A stretch of DNA of 64,000 bases from Candidatus Limnocylindria bacterium. Its GTDB lineage: Bacteria; Chloroflexota; Limnocylindria; QHBO01. Position numbers and translations under genes: made by a program. Positions within the stretch are counted from its first letter, which is position 1; each line of letters begins with the position of its first letter. This document shows positions 19,238-30,545 of this stretch, one piece after another. Location: the NCBI GenBank assembly GCA_038250515.1, contig JBBSCG010000002.1, forward strand, positions 4,825-68,824, given 5' to 3'. The notes under the pieces were generated by a model. It saw nothing but the letters and a program-made list of their open reading frames with translations, did not search any database and had not been told where the DNA came from.

Positions 19238-19810
19238 GTGGTCGAACTCGCCAAGCCAGATGGCTGGAGTGCCCACCACGTGACGACCAGCACCGTCGAT
19301 GACCTGCGCGCCAAGATCCGTGAGGTCCCGGACTTTCCGAAGCCGGGGATCCTGTTCTACGACATCACGACCCTGCTAAAGGATGCCCATGCCTTTGCCG
19401 AGGTGATCGACCAGATGGCCGATCAGGTGAAGGGCTCGCAGGTCGATCTGGTGGTGGGCATGGAGTCGCGCGGGTTCATTTTCAGCGCGCCGCTCGCCTA
19501 CAAGCTGGACGCAGGGTTCGTCCCGGTGCGCAAGCTCGGGAAGCTGCCGGCCGAGACGCTCGAGGTCGAGTACGCACTTGAGTACGGCACGGCGACGCTC
19601 GAGATCCATCGCGACGCGATCCAGGCCGGGCAGCGAGTGCTCATCGTGGATGATCTGCTGGCCACGGGAGGCACGGTGATGGGCACCATCGAGCTGGTGC
19701 GGCGGCTGGGTGGCGAGATCGCCGGCCTGTCGTTCATGGTCGAGCTGACGGCGCTCCACGGGCGCGACCAGCTCGCCGAGTTCCAGATCAACACGCTCCT
19801 CACCTACTGA
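19238..19810 (+). CDS. apt: adenine phosphoribosyltransferase
   Basis: FPKPGILFYDITTLL, and the PRPP motif VLIVDDLLATGGT. Confidence 0.92.
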   Translation: MVELAKPDGWSAHHVTTSTVDDLRAKIREVPDFPKPGILFYDITTLLKDAHAFAEVIDQMADQVKGSQVDLVVGMESRGFIFSAPLAYKLDAGFVPVRKLGKLPAETLEVEYALEYGTATLEIHRDAIQAGQRVLIVDDLLATGGTVMGTIELVRRLGGEIAGLSFMVELTALHGRDQLAEFQINTLLTY

Positions 19811-19825
19811 GCGCGAGACAGACCG

Positions 19826-20686
19826 ATGGCTGTGGCGCAACGGCTCGAGCTGCGAGCCCGGGAGGTCAGCGATCGCGATGAGATCGGTGCGTTCCTGCGA
19901 ACCGATCGTCTGTACGCCGCGTACGCGCTCGGTGACCTCGACTCGTCGGGACGACGGCGCATGACCTGGGGCATGGCCTACGCCAGCGACGGCCACCCGA
20001 TCGCCCTGGCCATGCACCACGAGGGACTTGTTCCGCAGCCGCTCTTCGTGATGGGCGACCCCGACGGTGTGCGCGAGGTCCTCGTCGGCGTCATCAAGCC
20101 GCGCGACGCCTACTTCCAGGCGAGCGAAATCCATCAGCCGGTGCTGGGCGAGCTCTACCAGCTGGAAGCTCCGCTGGCGATGCTGCGCATGGTGGTCGAC
20201 GCCGACAGCTTCCGTCCCTTCGCCGGCCCTGCCGATCGGTTGGGGCCGGGCGACATCGATGACCTGAATCGGCATTACCAGCTCGGCTTCCGCACCGGCT
20301 TCCCGATCTCGGTGGTCGAGGACGGGGTCTACTACGGCGTGCGGGTTCGCGACCGACTGGTGAGCGCCGCCGGCACGCACGTGGTCAATCCTCGCGAGGG
20401 GATCGGCGTGGTGGGTAATGTGATGACCCACGCCGACTTCCGCGGGCACGACTTCGCCAAGGTGGTGACCTCCGCCGTCACCGCCGAGCTGCTGAGTCGA
20501 ACCGACGACGTGGCGTTGAACGTGCATGCCGACAACGCGCCGGCGATCGCGGCCTACGTGCGACTCGGATACCGTACGCACTGCGAGGTCGTCGAGCGGC
20601 TCGGACGACGACGCTCGGGCGGTTGGGGATTGATGCGACCATTACGAGAGGCAATTCGACAGACGTGGCCACGCGACAACAGGTGA
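19826..20686 (+). CDS. GNAT-family N-acetyltransferase (FR47-like C-terminal domain)
   Basis: C-terminal [19 protein letters not shown]...[13 protein letters not shown] acetyl-CoA binding pattern. Confidence 0.75.
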   Translation: MAVAQRLELRAREVSDRDEIGAFLRTDRLYAAYALGDLDSSGRRRMTWGMAYASDGHPIALAMHHEGLVPQPLFVMGDPDGVREVLVGVIKPRDAYFQASEIHQPVLGELYQLEAPLAMLRMVVDADSFRPFAGPADRLGPGDIDDLNRHYQLGFRTGFPISVVEDGVYYGVRVRDRLVSAAGTHVVNPREGIGVVGNVMTHADFRGHDFAKVVTSAVTAELLSRTDDVALNVHADNAPAIAAYVRLGYRTHCEVVERLGRRRSGGWGLMRPLREAIRQTWPRDNR

Positions 20687-21945
20687 GTGCCGGCGGCGAC
20701 ATTCGCGACATCGGTCTGGCCGATGCCGGGGTGCTGAAGGTCGAATGGGCCGACCGCCAGATGCCCGTGCTGGCCGATATCCGCGAACGCTTCGCCGACG
20801 AGCGTCCGTTCGACGGCTGGCGCATCAGCGCCTGCCTGCACGTCACCTCCGAGACGGCCAACCTGATGCGCACGCTGGCCGCCGGTGGGGCCGATGCGGT
20901 GCTGTGCTCCTCCAATCCGCTCTCGACGCAGGACGATGTGGCGGCGGCGCTGGTGGGCCGTTATGGCATACCGACCTACGCCATCAAGGGCGAGGACCGC
21001 GATTCGTACTACGCGCACATCGCGGCGGTGCTCGACCATGCGCCCCACATCACCATGGACGATGGCGCGGATCTGGTCACGGCGTTGCATACCCAGCGCA
21101 CTGAGGTGCTCGACGGCGTGGTCGGCGGGACCGAGGAGACGACCACGGGCGTCATCCGCATGCGCGCCATGTCAGCTGCCGGCAAGCTGCGCTACCCGAT
21201 CGTCGCCGTCAACCAGGCGCTGACCAAGCACCTGTTCGATAACCGATACGGCACAGGGCAGAGCGCCATCGACGGCATCCTGCGCGCCACCAATGTGCTA
21301 TTCGCCGGCAAGACGGTCGTGATCGGCGGCTACGGCTGGGTCGGTCGCGGGATCGCGACGCGGGCGGACGGGATGGGCGGGAACGTGATCGTCGTCGAGG
21401 TCGACCCCATTCGCGCGCTGGAGGCGGCGATGGACGGCTATCGGGTCATGAACGCGGACGCGGCAGCGGCCGAGGGCGAGATCTTCATCAGCGCCACGGG
21501 AAACCTGAACGTCTTCGGCGTCCACCACTTCCCGCTGATGCGCGACGGAACGATCCTGGCCAACGCGGGACACTTCAATGACGAGTTCGAGCTCGGCGCG
21601 TTGGAGGCGCAGTCAGTCAGCAAGCGCGACGTGCGGCCGTTCACGACCGAGTACACCATGGAGGACGGCCGCCGCATCTACCTTCTCGCCGACGGGCGGT
21701 TGGTGAACCTTGGCGCCGCCGAGGGCCACCCGTCGCTGGTGATGGACATGAGCTTCGCCAACCAGGCGCTCGGCCTGGAATGGATGCGCAGCCACCTTGA
21801 CGAGCTGGAGCCGCGGGTCTACGGCATCCCCGAGGACATCGACCGCGAGGTCGCCCGGCTGAAGCTTGCCTCGATGGGGATCGACCTCGCCGGTATGACC
21901 CCCGAGCAGAAGGCCTATTCCGAATCCTGGGAGTCCGGCACCTAG
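20665..21945 (+). CDS. ahcY: adenosylhomocysteinase
   Basis: [27 protein letters not shown], and the NAD fold [10 protein letters not shown]. Start ambiguous: GTG at 20665 or the track start at 20623. Confidence 0.92.
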   Translation: MATRQQVSAGGDIRDIGLADAGVLKVEWADRQMPVLADIRERFADERPFDGWRISACLHVTSETANLMRTLAAGGADAVLCSSNPLSTQDDVAAALVGRYGIPTYAIKGEDRDSYYAHIAAVLDHAPHITMDDGADLVTALHTQRTEVLDGVVGGTEETTTGVIRMRAMSAAGKLRYPIVAVNQALTKHLFDNRYGTGQSAIDGILRATNVLFAGKTVVIGGYGWVGRGIATRADGMGGNVIVVEVDPIRALEAAMDGYRVMNADAAAAEGEIFISATGNLNVFGVHHFPLMRDGTILANAGHFNDEFELGALEAQSVSKRDVRPFTTEYTMEDGRRIYLLADGRLVNLGAAEGHPSLVMDMSFANQALGLEWMRSHLDELEPRVYGIPEDIDREVARLKLASMGIDLAGMTPEQKAYSESWESGT

Positions 21946-22008
21946 CACGGCGACGCCGCGGTACACTCAGCCGAGCGCCCCTCGAGCGCACGCCGGAGAA
22001 TAATCCGC

Positions 22009-23226
22009 ATGCCCAATCCTGACCTGCGAATCCTGTTCACCTCGGAATCAGTCACCGAGGGCCATCCAGACAAGCTGTGCGACGCCGTGGCCGATGCCGT
22101 TCTCGACGACGTCCTGTCGCACGACCGCCTCGCGCGTTCAGCGGTCGAGGTGGCGGCCACGACGGGCCTCGTCTTCGTCCTCGGCGAGCTGACGACCAAC
22201 CATTATGTCGACGTGCAGAGCGTCGTGCGCGAGACCGTTCGACAGATCGGCTATGACGACGCCAGGCTCGGCTTCGACTACCAGACCTGCGGCGCCATCA
22301 CGGCCCTCAAGGAGCAGTCGCCCGACATCGCGCAGGGCGTGGACAGCGCGCTGGAGTCACGCCAGGGGCTGGAACCCGCCGAGCTGGGTGCCGGTGACCA
22401 GGGGATGATGTTCGGCTTTGCGACCGATGAGACCGATGAGCTCATGCCGGCGCCGATTCAACTGGCGCATCGGGTCGTGCAGCGGCTGGCGGCGGTGCGC
22501 AAGGACGGCACGCTGCCCTTCCTGCGTCCGGACGGCAAGAGCCAGGTGACGGTCGAGTACGACGCCGACTGGCGGCCGCGCCGCGTTCATACCGTCGTCG
22601 TCAGCACACAGCACGATCCCGACGTCTCCCCTGATGACCTGACCGATGCCGTCCGTTCGACGGTGATCGCGTCGGCGATCCCTGCCGAGCTGCTCGACGA
22701 CCGAACCCGTTACCTCGTCAACCCCACCGGGCGTTTCGTGATCGGCGGACCGATGGGCGACTCCGGTCTGTCGGGCCGGAAGATCATCGTCGACACCTAT
22801 GGCGGCATGGGACGTCACGGCGGCGGCAGCTTTTCGGGCAAGGACCCAACCAAGGTCGACCGATCCGGCACCTACATGGCGCGCTACGTGGCCAAGAACG
22901 TCGTCGCCGCCGGGCTGGCGCATCGCTTCGAGCTGCAGCTGGCGTACGCCATCGGCGTGGCTCATCCGCTGGCGGTCAACGTCGACACGTTTGGCACCGG
23001 TGCGGTCGACGAGGAGCTGATCGTCGAGCTGATCGGCCGCTACTTCGACCTGCGGCCGGGCGCCATCATCGAGGCACTCGATCTCCGGCGGCCGATCTAC
23101 CGCCAGACCGCGGCGTACGGCCATTTCGGACGCCCCGAGCTCGACCTTCCGTGGGAGCGGACCGACCGGGCGGAGATGCTGCGCGATGCCGCCGGCCTGC
23201 GCGGCGAGGCGCGGCTGCCGGCTTGA
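22009..23226 (+). CDS. metK: S-adenosylmethionine synthetase
   Basis: [44 protein letters not shown]. Confidence 0.96.
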   Translation: MPNPDLRILFTSESVTEGHPDKLCDAVADAVLDDVLSHDRLARSAVEVAATTGLVFVLGELTTNHYVDVQSVVRETVRQIGYDDARLGFDYQTCGAITALKEQSPDIAQGVDSALESRQGLEPAELGAGDQGMMFGFATDETDELMPAPIQLAHRVVQRLAAVRKDGTLPFLRPDGKSQVTVEYDADWRPRRVHTVVVSTQHDPDVSPDDLTDAVRSTVIASAIPAELLDDRTRYLVNPTGRFVIGGPMGDSGLSGRKIIVDTYGGMGRHGGGSFSGKDPTKVDRSGTYMARYVAKNVVAAGLAHRFELQLAYAIGVAHPLAVNVDTFGTGAVDEELIVELIGRYFDLRPGAIIEALDLRRPIYRQTAAYGHFGRPELDLPWERTDRAEMLRDAAGLRGEARLPA

Positions 23227-23813
23227 CGCACCGCTGGGGCGAGCGGCGCTGGACCTCAGCACTGCTTGCCCGCCTGCGTGGGATCTTCGGCGGCCGGCAG
23301 CGTGCGATTCCCGAACGCTTGCCGAACCTTCCTGCGCGCCTGCGTCGCGGTGAGCTGGCGGCGTCATATCTTGCCGCCGAACGCGACGGTGAGCACCGAC
23401 GCGCGGCGGCGGCAGCGGTGACGGCGGCGGAGCGAGCCATTGTCGAGCGCTCGTGGTGGGCGGCCGACGCCTGGGCGCATCGGGCTCTGTGGCACTTCGA
23501 GCGTGCCGAGCTGACGTTGCAGGCGACGCGCGCGGCGCGGCGCATCGGCGAGTTGCGGACGCAGGCCGGCGATCCGTCCAGCGCTCGCCGCTACTATGCC
23601 GAGGCGATCAGTGAGGCGCGCGATATCGGCGCCGAGCGCGAGGAGGGCCTCGCCGCGCTGGGTTTGGGCCGCGCGGAGCTGCAGATGGGCAACGTCACGC
23701 CGGCGCGGAGGCTGGCGCAGATTGCGATCGATCTGCTCGAGCGCTGCGGTGCTCCAGCCGGCGAGGTGCAGGCCGCGCGTGACCTGCGCGGCGAGGAGAA
23801 GGAGGTCGGGTGA
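23223..23813 (+). CDS. hypothetical TPR-like helical-repeat protein
   Basis: The ORF continues past the metK stop. Ala/Arg-rich helical repeats ([16 protein letters not shown]...[12 protein letters not shown]). Start uncertain: TTG at 23223 overlaps the metK TGA. The stop overlaps the proC GTG. Confidence 0.45.
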   Translation: MTHRWGERRWTSALLARLRGIFGGRQRAIPERLPNLPARLRRGELAASYLAAERDGEHRRAAAAAVTAAERAIVERSWWAADAWAHRALWHFERAELTLQATRAARRIGELRTQAGDPSSARRYYAEAISEARDIGAEREEGLAALGLGRAELQMGNVTPARRLAQIAIDLLERCGAPAGEVQAARDLRGEEKEVG

Positions 23814-24646
23814 GCGACATGCGAGTGGGGATCGTCGGTGCTGGCGTGATGGCCGAGGCGATGATCGCCGGGCTGCTCGCCGAGCAGGTGGTCACGCCGG
23901 AGAACCTCGTCGCTTCGCACCCGCGGGAGGATCGAAGGAACCTGCTGGTGGAGCGCCACGGGCTTCGCGTCGTCGACGCCAATGCCGACGCGGTGGCGGA
24001 CGTCCAGATCGTGGTGCTGGCCGTCAAGCCGCAAATGCTGCCGCGCGTCATGCGCGAGCTCGCGCCGGCATTGAGTACCGTGCAGGTTGTGCTCTCGATC
24101 GTGGCCGGGGCCACGCTGCGCGCACTGGCTATTGGCCTTGATCACGAGGCCGTCGTGCGGGCCATGCCCAATACGCCCGCGCAGATCCGGCGGGGGATCA
24201 CGGTCTGGGCGGCGTCAGCGGCGTGCACGCCAACGCAGCACGGTCTTGTGCAGACGGTCCTGCGCGCACTCGGTGACGAGCGCCAGGTAGCCGACGAGGA
24301 GTTCGTCGCGATGGCAACGGCGCTGTCGGGCACCGGCCCGACCTACCTGTTCGCGGTCATGGAGGCGCTGATCGACGCCGGCGTGCACATGGGCTTCCCG
24401 CGTGAGCTGGCGCATGACCTGGTGGCCGCCACGCTGCTCGGCTCGGCCGAGTTCGCGTCGCGCTCCGAATTGCATCCCGCCCAGCTGCGCAACGCGGTGA
24501 CGTCACCGGGCGGCACCAGCGCCGCGGCAATCTACGAGCTAGAGAAGGGGCGGCTGCGCACCGTGCTTTCCGATGCGGTCTGGGCCGCGTACCGCCGTAC
24601 CCAGGAGCTTGGCGAGCTGCTCGAGCGCGAGACGGGAGGACAGTGA
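23810..24646 (+). CDS. proC: pyrroline-5-carboxylate reductase
   Basis: VGIVGAGVMAEAM Rossmann fold, and C-terminal VTSPGGTSAAAIYELE. Confidence 0.92.
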   Translation: MSDMRVGIVGAGVMAEAMIAGLLAEQVVTPENLVASHPREDRRNLLVERHGLRVVDANADAVADVQIVVLAVKPQMLPRVMRELAPALSTVQVVLSIVAGATLRALAIGLDHEAVVRAMPNTPAQIRRGITVWAASAACTPTQHGLVQTVLRALGDERQVADEEFVAMATALSGTGPTYLFAVMEALIDAGVHMGFPRELAHDLVAATLLGSAEFASRSELHPAQLRNAVTSPGGTSAAAIYELEKGRLRTVLSDAVWAAYRRTQELGELLERETGGQ

Positions 24647-25716
24647 TGTTCGCGATCATCATGGCCGGCGGCTCCGGCACGCGGCTCTGGCCGCTGTCGC
24701 GGCGGAAGTCGCCGAAGCAACTGCTGAATCTCACCGGCGATACGAGCCTGCTGCAGCAGACCGTCAGTCGCCTCGCACCGTTGCTCAAGCCGGATGATAT
24801 CTACGTCATCGCATCCCAGGCGCACGTGCGCGCGACGCAGGAGCAACTGCCGCAGCTTCCCGCCGAGAACGTGATGGGCGAGCCACTGGCACGCTCCACA
24901 GCCGTCGCCGCCGGCCTAGCGACCGTACTGGCCAGACGCGATACGGACGAGGTGGTTCTCGTCCTGCCGGCCGATCATTTCGTTGCCGACGCGGACGCGT
25001 TCGCTGACGCGCTGCGCGAGGCGGTCCGCGTCGCGCAGCGCGGCTACCTGGTCACACTCGGGGTGCCGCCGACCCACGCCGCCACCGGCTATGGCTACAT
25101 CAAGGTCGGCGAGCGGCTGCATGCCTCCACACCCAGTGCGCTCGTTGAGCGTTTCGTCGAGAAGCCGGATGCCGCGTCGGCACAGAAGTTCGCCGACGAT
25201 GGCGACTACCTGTGGAACGCCGGCATCTTCGTGTGGCGCTCCTACGTGTTCGGCCAGGCCATCACCCGCTACCAGCCCGAGCTGGCCAACGCGCTTGACC
25301 GGATCACGGCGCTACATCGGACGCCAGGCTGGATGACCGACGTGCGTGGAATCCTCGAGCAGCTGCCGGCCATCACCATCGACGTCGGCATCGCGGAACC
25401 GGCGGCCGAGGAGGGTCGCATGGCGGTCGTGCCGCTCGACGCCGGCTGGTCGGACATTGGCTCATGGTCGGCCCTGCTGGAGGCCCTCTCGACCAAGACC
25501 GGCACGGACATGATCGGGACCGGCCAGCATCTCGACCGCGGATCTCAGCGCGTGCTGGTACACGGCGGTGATCGGCTGGTGGTCACCATCGGTCTGTCGG
25601 ACGTCATCATCGTGGATACGCCGGATGCCCTGCTGGTGTGCGATCGTGACAAGGCCGAGGAGATCAAGCCGGTGCTCGACGAGATCAGCCGGAAGGCGGG
25701 CGACCGCTACCTGTGA
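24643..25716 (+). CDS. manC: mannose-1-phosphate guanylyltransferase
   Basis: IIMAGGSGTRLWPLSR nucleotidyltransferase motif. LVLPADH, GYGYIK. Confidence 0.85.
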   Translation: MMFAIIMAGGSGTRLWPLSRRKSPKQLLNLTGDTSLLQQTVSRLAPLLKPDDIYVIASQAHVRATQEQLPQLPAENVMGEPLARSTAVAAGLATVLARRDTDEVVLVLPADHFVADADAFADALREAVRVAQRGYLVTLGVPPTHAATGYGYIKVGERLHASTPSALVERFVEKPDAASAQKFADDGDYLWNAGIFVWRSYVFGQAITRYQPELANALDRITALHRTPGWMTDVRGILEQLPAITIDVGIAEPAAEEGRMAVVPLDAGWSDIGSWSALLEALSTKTGTDMIGTGQHLDRGSQRVLVHGGDRLVVTIGLSDVIIVDTPDALLVCDRDKAEEIKPVLDEISRKAGDRYL

Positions 25717-26381
25717 TCGATGCCGGCGGCGTCCGCTTGGCCTGGCTGGCGCGCCTGTTCGGACTCGCTCTGCTCGGCTATCTGCGCGTGGTGATCGGCA
25801 CCTGTCGCATCATCGGCCCGGTGACCCGCGAGCAGGTGGTCCTTGCCTTCTGGCACGAGTTCAACCTCGTCGCGCTGATCGTGGCCATCAAGCGGCGCCC
25901 CGACGTGCCGCATGCCTCATTCTCGACACGAGGCTTTCGCGGCGTGTTGATCACGACGCTTCTGGAGCGCTCCCAGTCGAAGGTCCGCGTGCTGCCCTTG
26001 CCGCCGGAGAACGACCGGGCGGCAGCTCGCGACTTCTCGCTTCGCATGGCACGCATGGCGGGCGAGGGTCGCTCGCTGGTGGTCACGCCGGATGGGCCGT
26101 TCGGCCCGTATCGCGTTGCGAAGCCCGGGACGCTGATCGTGGCGCGCGCCTCCGGCCTGGCGGTGCAGCCATGGGCCATCAGTGTCAGGCCGTCCATCCG
26201 CCTGATGCGCCGATGGGACCGCCAGGTCCTGCCGCTGCCCTTCTGCCGGATTCGGGTGGTGGAGGGTCAGCTGTTGCGAGTGGGCCAGCGGGAGCGACTG
26301 TCGCCGCGTCTGGCGGAGCTGCAGGCGGAGCTGGATCGGGTGACCGCCGTTCTCGACCCGGCACGTCAGCCGCTACCATGA
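25713..26381 (+). CDS. DUF374-domain protein (lysophospholipid-acyltransferase-like)
   Basis: VLAFWHEFNLVA...SRGFRGVLI...VTPDGPFGPYRVAKPG pattern of the DUF374 family. Confidence 0.65.
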   Translation: MIDAGGVRLAWLARLFGLALLGYLRVVIGTCRIIGPVTREQVVLAFWHEFNLVALIVAIKRRPDVPHASFSTRGFRGVLITTLLERSQSKVRVLPLPPENDRAAARDFSLRMARMAGEGRSLVVTPDGPFGPYRVAKPGTLIVARASGLAVQPWAISVRPSIRLMRRWDRQVLPLPFCRIRVVEGQLLRVGQRERLSPRLAELQAELDRVTAVLDPARQPLP

Positions 26382-26385
26382 TGCT

Positions 26386-27843
26386 GTGAGCAGGATCCAG
26401 TTCGGCACCGACGGCTGGCGCGCGGCGATCGCGGAGGAGTACACCTTTCACAACGTGCGTCGATGCGCGCGGGGCGTCGCCGAGTATCTGCAGCAGACTG
26501 GCACCGCGGACCGTGGCGTGGTCGTTGCCCATGACCGCCGCTTCGCCTCCGAATTCTTTGCGCGTGCGTGCGTCGAGGTGCTCGCGGCCCACGACATCCG
26601 CTCGTTTACGCCGCCCGAGGCCGTCCCGACCCAGGTCGGCAGCTTCTTCACGCGCGAGATGAACGCGGGCGCCGGAATCGTGATCACCGCCAGCCACAAC
26701 CCGTGGACCGACAACGGCTTCAAGGTCAAGGCCGATAGCGGCGGCGCCGCCGCGCCGGAGATGCTCCATGCCATCGAGGCGACCATGAATCGCCATCCCG
26801 AGGACGAGCTGCCGCCACGCCGCGAGTGGGACGACGCCGCGCACGCCGGCCTGGTCGAGAGCTTCGACCCGTACCCGCGCTTCCGCGAGCAGCTGATGAG
26901 CATCGTCGACATCGAGAAGATCCGCGCCGCCGACAAGCGCCTGCTGGTCGAGCCGCTGTACGGCAGCGGCGCCGGCTGGTACACCCGCCTGCTGGATGCC
27001 GGTCGGCTCACCGTTCGCGAGCTGCACACCGAGCGCAATCCGTACTTCGGGGGCGTCAACCCCGAGCCGATCCGCCCCAACATCGACGAGTGGCTCGCCG
27101 AGATCCCGCGCTGGGGCGCCGACATCGGTATCGCGCTCGACGGCGATGCCGACCGGGTGGGCATGGCCACCGAGGAGGGCGTTTTCGTCAATCAGCTGCA
27201 GGTCTTCGGGCTGCTGTACTGGTACCTGCTCGAGGTGCGCAACCAGATCGGTCCGGCGGTCTACACCGTGACCACCACCTCGATGGTCAAGAAGCTGGCC
27301 GAGATCTATGGCACGCAGGCCTTCGAGACGGGCGTGGGCTTCAAGTTCGTCGGGCCGAAGATGACCGAGACGCATGCCGTCATCGGTGGCGAGGAGTCGG
27401 GCGGCTTCGGCTTTGGCATGCATATCCCCGAGCGCGACGGTGTGGCGTCCGGCCTGTTCCTGCTCGACCTGTGGCTGACGAAGGGCAAGCAGGCGTCCGA
27501 GGTCCTCGCCGAGCTGCAGGCGCTGGCGGGGCCGAGTTACTACGACCGGATCGACATTCGCTTTGCGCGCGAGGGGTACGACGCCGTGAAGGCCGATACC
27601 CTCGCCCGGCTCGGTAACGAGGCGCCCGAGTCGCTGGCCGGTCGGCAGGTCGTCGAGCGCAGAGAGCTGGAGACCGGCGACGGCTTCAAGTTCTATCGCG
27701 ACGACGGTTCGTGGCTGCTCATCCGCTTCAGCGGGACCGAGGCGCTGCTGCGCATCTACACCGAGTCGCGCTCGCCGCAGGACGTCGAAGCGATGCTCGA
27801 GGAAGGCCGCAGGATCGCCGCGGAGCCGGCCCTGGCGACGTGA
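26386..27843 (+). CDS. phosphoglucomutase/phosphomannomutase
   Basis: Active-site loop ITASHNPWTDNGFK, metal loop ALDGDADR, and GGEESGG. Confidence 0.88.
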   Translation: MSRIQFGTDGWRAAIAEEYTFHNVRRCARGVAEYLQQTGTADRGVVVAHDRRFASEFFARACVEVLAAHDIRSFTPPEAVPTQVGSFFTREMNAGAGIVITASHNPWTDNGFKVKADSGGAAAPEMLHAIEATMNRHPEDELPPRREWDDAAHAGLVESFDPYPRFREQLMSIVDIEKIRAADKRLLVEPLYGSGAGWYTRLLDAGRLTVRELHTERNPYFGGVNPEPIRPNIDEWLAEIPRWGADIGIALDGDADRVGMATEEGVFVNQLQVFGLLYWYLLEVRNQIGPAVYTVTTTSMVKKLAEIYGTQAFETGVGFKFVGPKMTETHAVIGGEESGGFGFGMHIPERDGVASGLFLLDLWLTKGKQASEVLAELQALAGPSYYDRIDIRFAREGYDAVKADTLARLGNEAPESLAGRQVVERRELETGDGFKFYRDDGSWLLIRFSGTEALLRIYTESRSPQDVEAMLEEGRRIAAEPALAT

Positions 27844-29009
27844 GCGATGCCCGCGACTTCTTCGGCTACAAGTCGTCCGAGGATGAGCCAGGACGCCGGC
27901 CGGAGCCCGAGGACGCGGAGCTCGCGCCGCCGCAGCTCGATGAGGCGATCACGCTCGACGATCCAGCGGTCATCACCAAGATCGATCCATCCGACATGCT
28001 CGGTCGCGTGCTCGACATGCCGCGTCAGCTTTCGGAAGCCGGCCGCGTGGCCGCGGGCCTGGAGCTCGAGCAGCGCCACCGCGACGTGAACGCGGTGCTG
28101 GTCCTGGCCATGGGCGGCAGCGCGATCGGTGCAGAGCTGGTCGAGGCCGCCGCGGGGGATCGGCTGCGTGTGCCGATGGTCGTGCATCGTGCGTACGGCC
28201 TCCCGTCATGGGCGAACGAGCAGACCCTGGTGATAGCCGCCAGCCATTCGGGCGAGACGATCGAGACCCTCAGCGGCGCGCACGAGGCCGTCAGTCGCAA
28301 GCTTCCCGTGGCGGTCGTCAGCACGGGCGGCAGGCTCGGCGAGCTTGCGACGACGGCCAACCTGCCGTATCTCCGTTACCAGATGGCGGGACAGCCGCGC
28401 GCCGCCATCGGCTTCGGCGTCGGCCTCGTGCATGAGCTGCTGGCGACCGCAGAGCTGCTCGAAGATCCCGACCCCTTCGACGAAGTCGTGGAGGCACTGG
28501 AAGACCTGTTCGAGCGCATGGCAGCATCGGTCGAAACCGATCTGAATCCGGCCAAGCAACTCGCGTGGTCGCTGTTCGGCCGCATCCCGGCAATCTACGG
28601 CGCCGGTATCATGACCGCTGTGGCGCACCGCTGGAAGACGCAGCTCAATGAGAACGCCAAGGCGTGGGCATCCTATGAGCCGATGCCCGAGGCGAACCAC
28701 AACGCGATCGAGGGCTCGCTCAATCCGCGCGAGCTGGGCGACGCACCGTATGTCGTCGAGCTGCGCGATCGCGAGGAGCCCGCCGATATCGCGGCGCGCT
28801 ACCAGGCGGTCGAGGAGCTGCTCGGTGAGCGCGCGACGAACCGCAGCGCGGTGTGGGCGGAGGGGCCGTCGAGTCTGGCGCGGGCGTTGACCACGGTCGC
28901 GTACGGCGACCTGGTGAGCGTCTATCTCGCCATCCTCTACCAGACCGACCCGACCCCGGTTACACTGTTGGCGATGCTGAAAGAGCGGCTCGCCAGCGCA
29001 AGAGATTGA
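27840..29009 (+). CDS. bifunctional phosphoglucose/phosphomannose isomerase (SIS family)
   Basis: SIS motifs (VLAMGGSAIG, VIAASHSGETIET) and the C-terminal PMI-type region. Start placed at the GTG at 27840, overlapping the preceding stop (GTGA). Confidence 0.78.
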   Translation: MSDARDFFGYKSSEDEPGRRPEPEDAELAPPQLDEAITLDDPAVITKIDPSDMLGRVLDMPRQLSEAGRVAAGLELEQRHRDVNAVLVLAMGGSAIGAELVEAAAGDRLRVPMVVHRAYGLPSWANEQTLVIAASHSGETIETLSGAHEAVSRKLPVAVVSTGGRLGELATTANLPYLRYQMAGQPRAAIGFGVGLVHELLATAELLEDPDPFDEVVEALEDLFERMAASVETDLNPAKQLAWSLFGRIPAIYGAGIMTAVAHRWKTQLNENAKAWASYEPMPEANHNAIEGSLNPRELGDAPYVVELRDREEPADIAARYQAVEELLGERATNRSAVWAEGPSSLARALTTVAYGDLVSVYLAILYQTDPTPVTLLAMLKERLASARD

Positions 29010-29061
29010 CGGGCGCCCAACGTAGTGGGCGCCGGGTTCGGCGCCCAGGAGGGTAAGCGAC

Positions 29062-29352
29062 GTGCACTCGAGCATGATCGGCAAGGTCGAGAAGGCGATG
29101 CGCTACGCACATGAGCCGGATCGAGTACGGCTGCAGCGGTTCGAGGCCACCTTCGACGGTGACAACGGCACTCACCGCGTCTCGCTGGATCACGACGTCT
29201 GGCACTGCGAGTGTCACCTCTTCGAGGCGGCGCACGGCTGCGTGCACACCCTCGCCGTGCAGAAGATGCTCGACCCGATGCTGACCGATGCACAGCGAGA
29301 GACACCGCTCTACGACCACGTCGAGCCCGCCGAAGAGGCCGTTTCCGTCTGA
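29062..29352 (+). CDS. small SWIM-type zinc-finger protein
   Basis: WHCECHLFEAAHGCVHTLAV fits the CxC...CxH SWIM spacing. Confidence 0.55.
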   Translation: MHSSMIGKVEKAMRYAHEPDRVRLQRFEATFDGDNGTHRVSLDHDVWHCECHLFEAAHGCVHTLAVQKMLDPMLTDAQRETPLYDHVEPAEEAVSV

Positions 29353-29379
29353 TCGATGGTGGTACGATCGACTTACAAC

Positions 29380-29540
29380 TGAAGACCGCGTCGGGTGCCG
29401 TCGCCGCAAGGCCGATGGACAAATGGAGAAGCCGGTGAGAAGCCGGCACAGTCCCGCTACTGTATCCGCGCCGCAGCCGCCGAGCTGCTGAGCGCGGGAG
29501 TCAGGTCGCCAGCCCGCACGCGATGTCCACGACCCTCGCG
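29380..29540 (+). ncRNA. cobalamin (B12) riboswitch
   Basis: Core AATGGAGAAGCCGGTGAGAAGCCGGCACAGTCCCGCTACTGT matches the AGGGAA..GGTG..AA..CC....CCCGC.ACTGT consensus. A B12-box-like GAGTCAGGTCGCCAGCC follows. Lies directly upstream of a btuF-like gene. Confidence 0.75.
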
Positions 29541-30532
29541 TGAAAGGGAACGGCATCACTTTGATCCCTCGTCTGCGTCCTCCCCTTCTGTTCCTGGCTC
29601 TGCTTCTGGCCGCCTGTCAGCCTGCGCCCGCGGCGAGGCCTTCGACGCCGGCCACCAGCACGGTCGCATCGGTCCAGGAAAGCCCATCGGCGGCTGCATA
29701 TCCACGCAGCCTGACCGATGACGCCGGCCGAACGGTCACCCTTGCGGCTGAGCCGCACAGGATCGTGAGCCTGGCGCCGTCGAACACCGAGATCGTCTGC
29801 GCGCTGAACGCCTGCGACGAGCTCGTGGGCGCGACCGATTTCGACGACTACCCGCCGCAGGTCGCCGCTATCCCCAAGGTCGTCGTCCAGGCGGTCCCCG
29901 ATCCAGAGAAGATCGTTGCGGCCGAGCCCGACCTCGTGCTGGCCGCCGGCAACCAGCAGACACCGGCCACCGCGCTGAAGCAGCTTGACGAGCTGAAGAT
30001 TCCCTACCTCGTGCTCTACCCCGAGAGCCTGGACGAGGTCTATGCCGATATCGAGCTGGTGGGCACGGCGCTCGGGGCCTCGGACAAGGCAGCTGCACTC
30101 ACCGCAGACATGCGCCAGCGTGCCCAGGCAGTCGTCGATCGTGTTGCGGGAGCGGATCGGCCGACCGTCTTCTACGAGGTCGGCGTCTACCAGGGCGTCA
30201 TCTACGGCCCGGGCACTGACTCCTTCCTCGCCTCGATGGTCCAGCTCGCTGGAGGCCAGCCGATCGTCGGCGACGCGACCGGCGTCATCCAGCTCGAGGA
30301 CCTGGTCAAGGCCGATCCCGACCTGATCCTGCTCGGTGACGCCGCCTATCCACCGCCGGTCACGGCGAAGGACGTCGCCGCCAGGCCGGGCTGGGAGAAG
30401 ATGAGCGCCGTGGCGGGTGGCAAGGTGATCCCGGTACCCGATGACCTGCTCATCACGCGGCCGGGTCCGCGTATCGTCGACGGGCTCGAGGCGTTGGCCA
30501 AGGCCATTCACCCCGAGCGGTTCGGCGGCTGA
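29540..30532 (+). CDS. ABC transporter periplasmic/lipoprotein substrate-binding protein (BtuF/iron-siderophore class)
   Basis: Lipobox LLLAAC. Class III SBP pattern (IVSLAPSNTEIVCAL, PDLVLA). Riboswitch context suggests a corrinoid substrate. Confidence 0.82.
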   Translation: MKGNGITLIPRLRPPLLFLALLLAACQPAPAARPSTPATSTVASVQESPSAAAYPRSLTDDAGRTVTLAAEPHRIVSLAPSNTEIVCALNACDELVGATDFDDYPPQVAAIPKVVVQAVPDPEKIVAAEPDLVLAAGNQQTPATALKQLDELKIPYLVLYPESLDEVYADIELVGTALGASDKAAALTADMRQRAQAVVDRVAGADRPTVFYEVGVYQGVIYGPGTDSFLASMVQLAGGQPIVGDATGVIQLEDLVKADPDLILLGDAAYPPPVTAKDVAARPGWEKMSAVAGGKVIPVPDDLLITRPGPRIVDGLEALAKAIHPERFGG

Positions 30533-30545
30533 GGCAGCCGGACCG

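Noticed and set aside
21946-22008. SAM riboswitch upstream of metK
   Set aside because: The intergenic spacer is only 63 nt, too short for any SAM riboswitch class, and no conserved core was seen.
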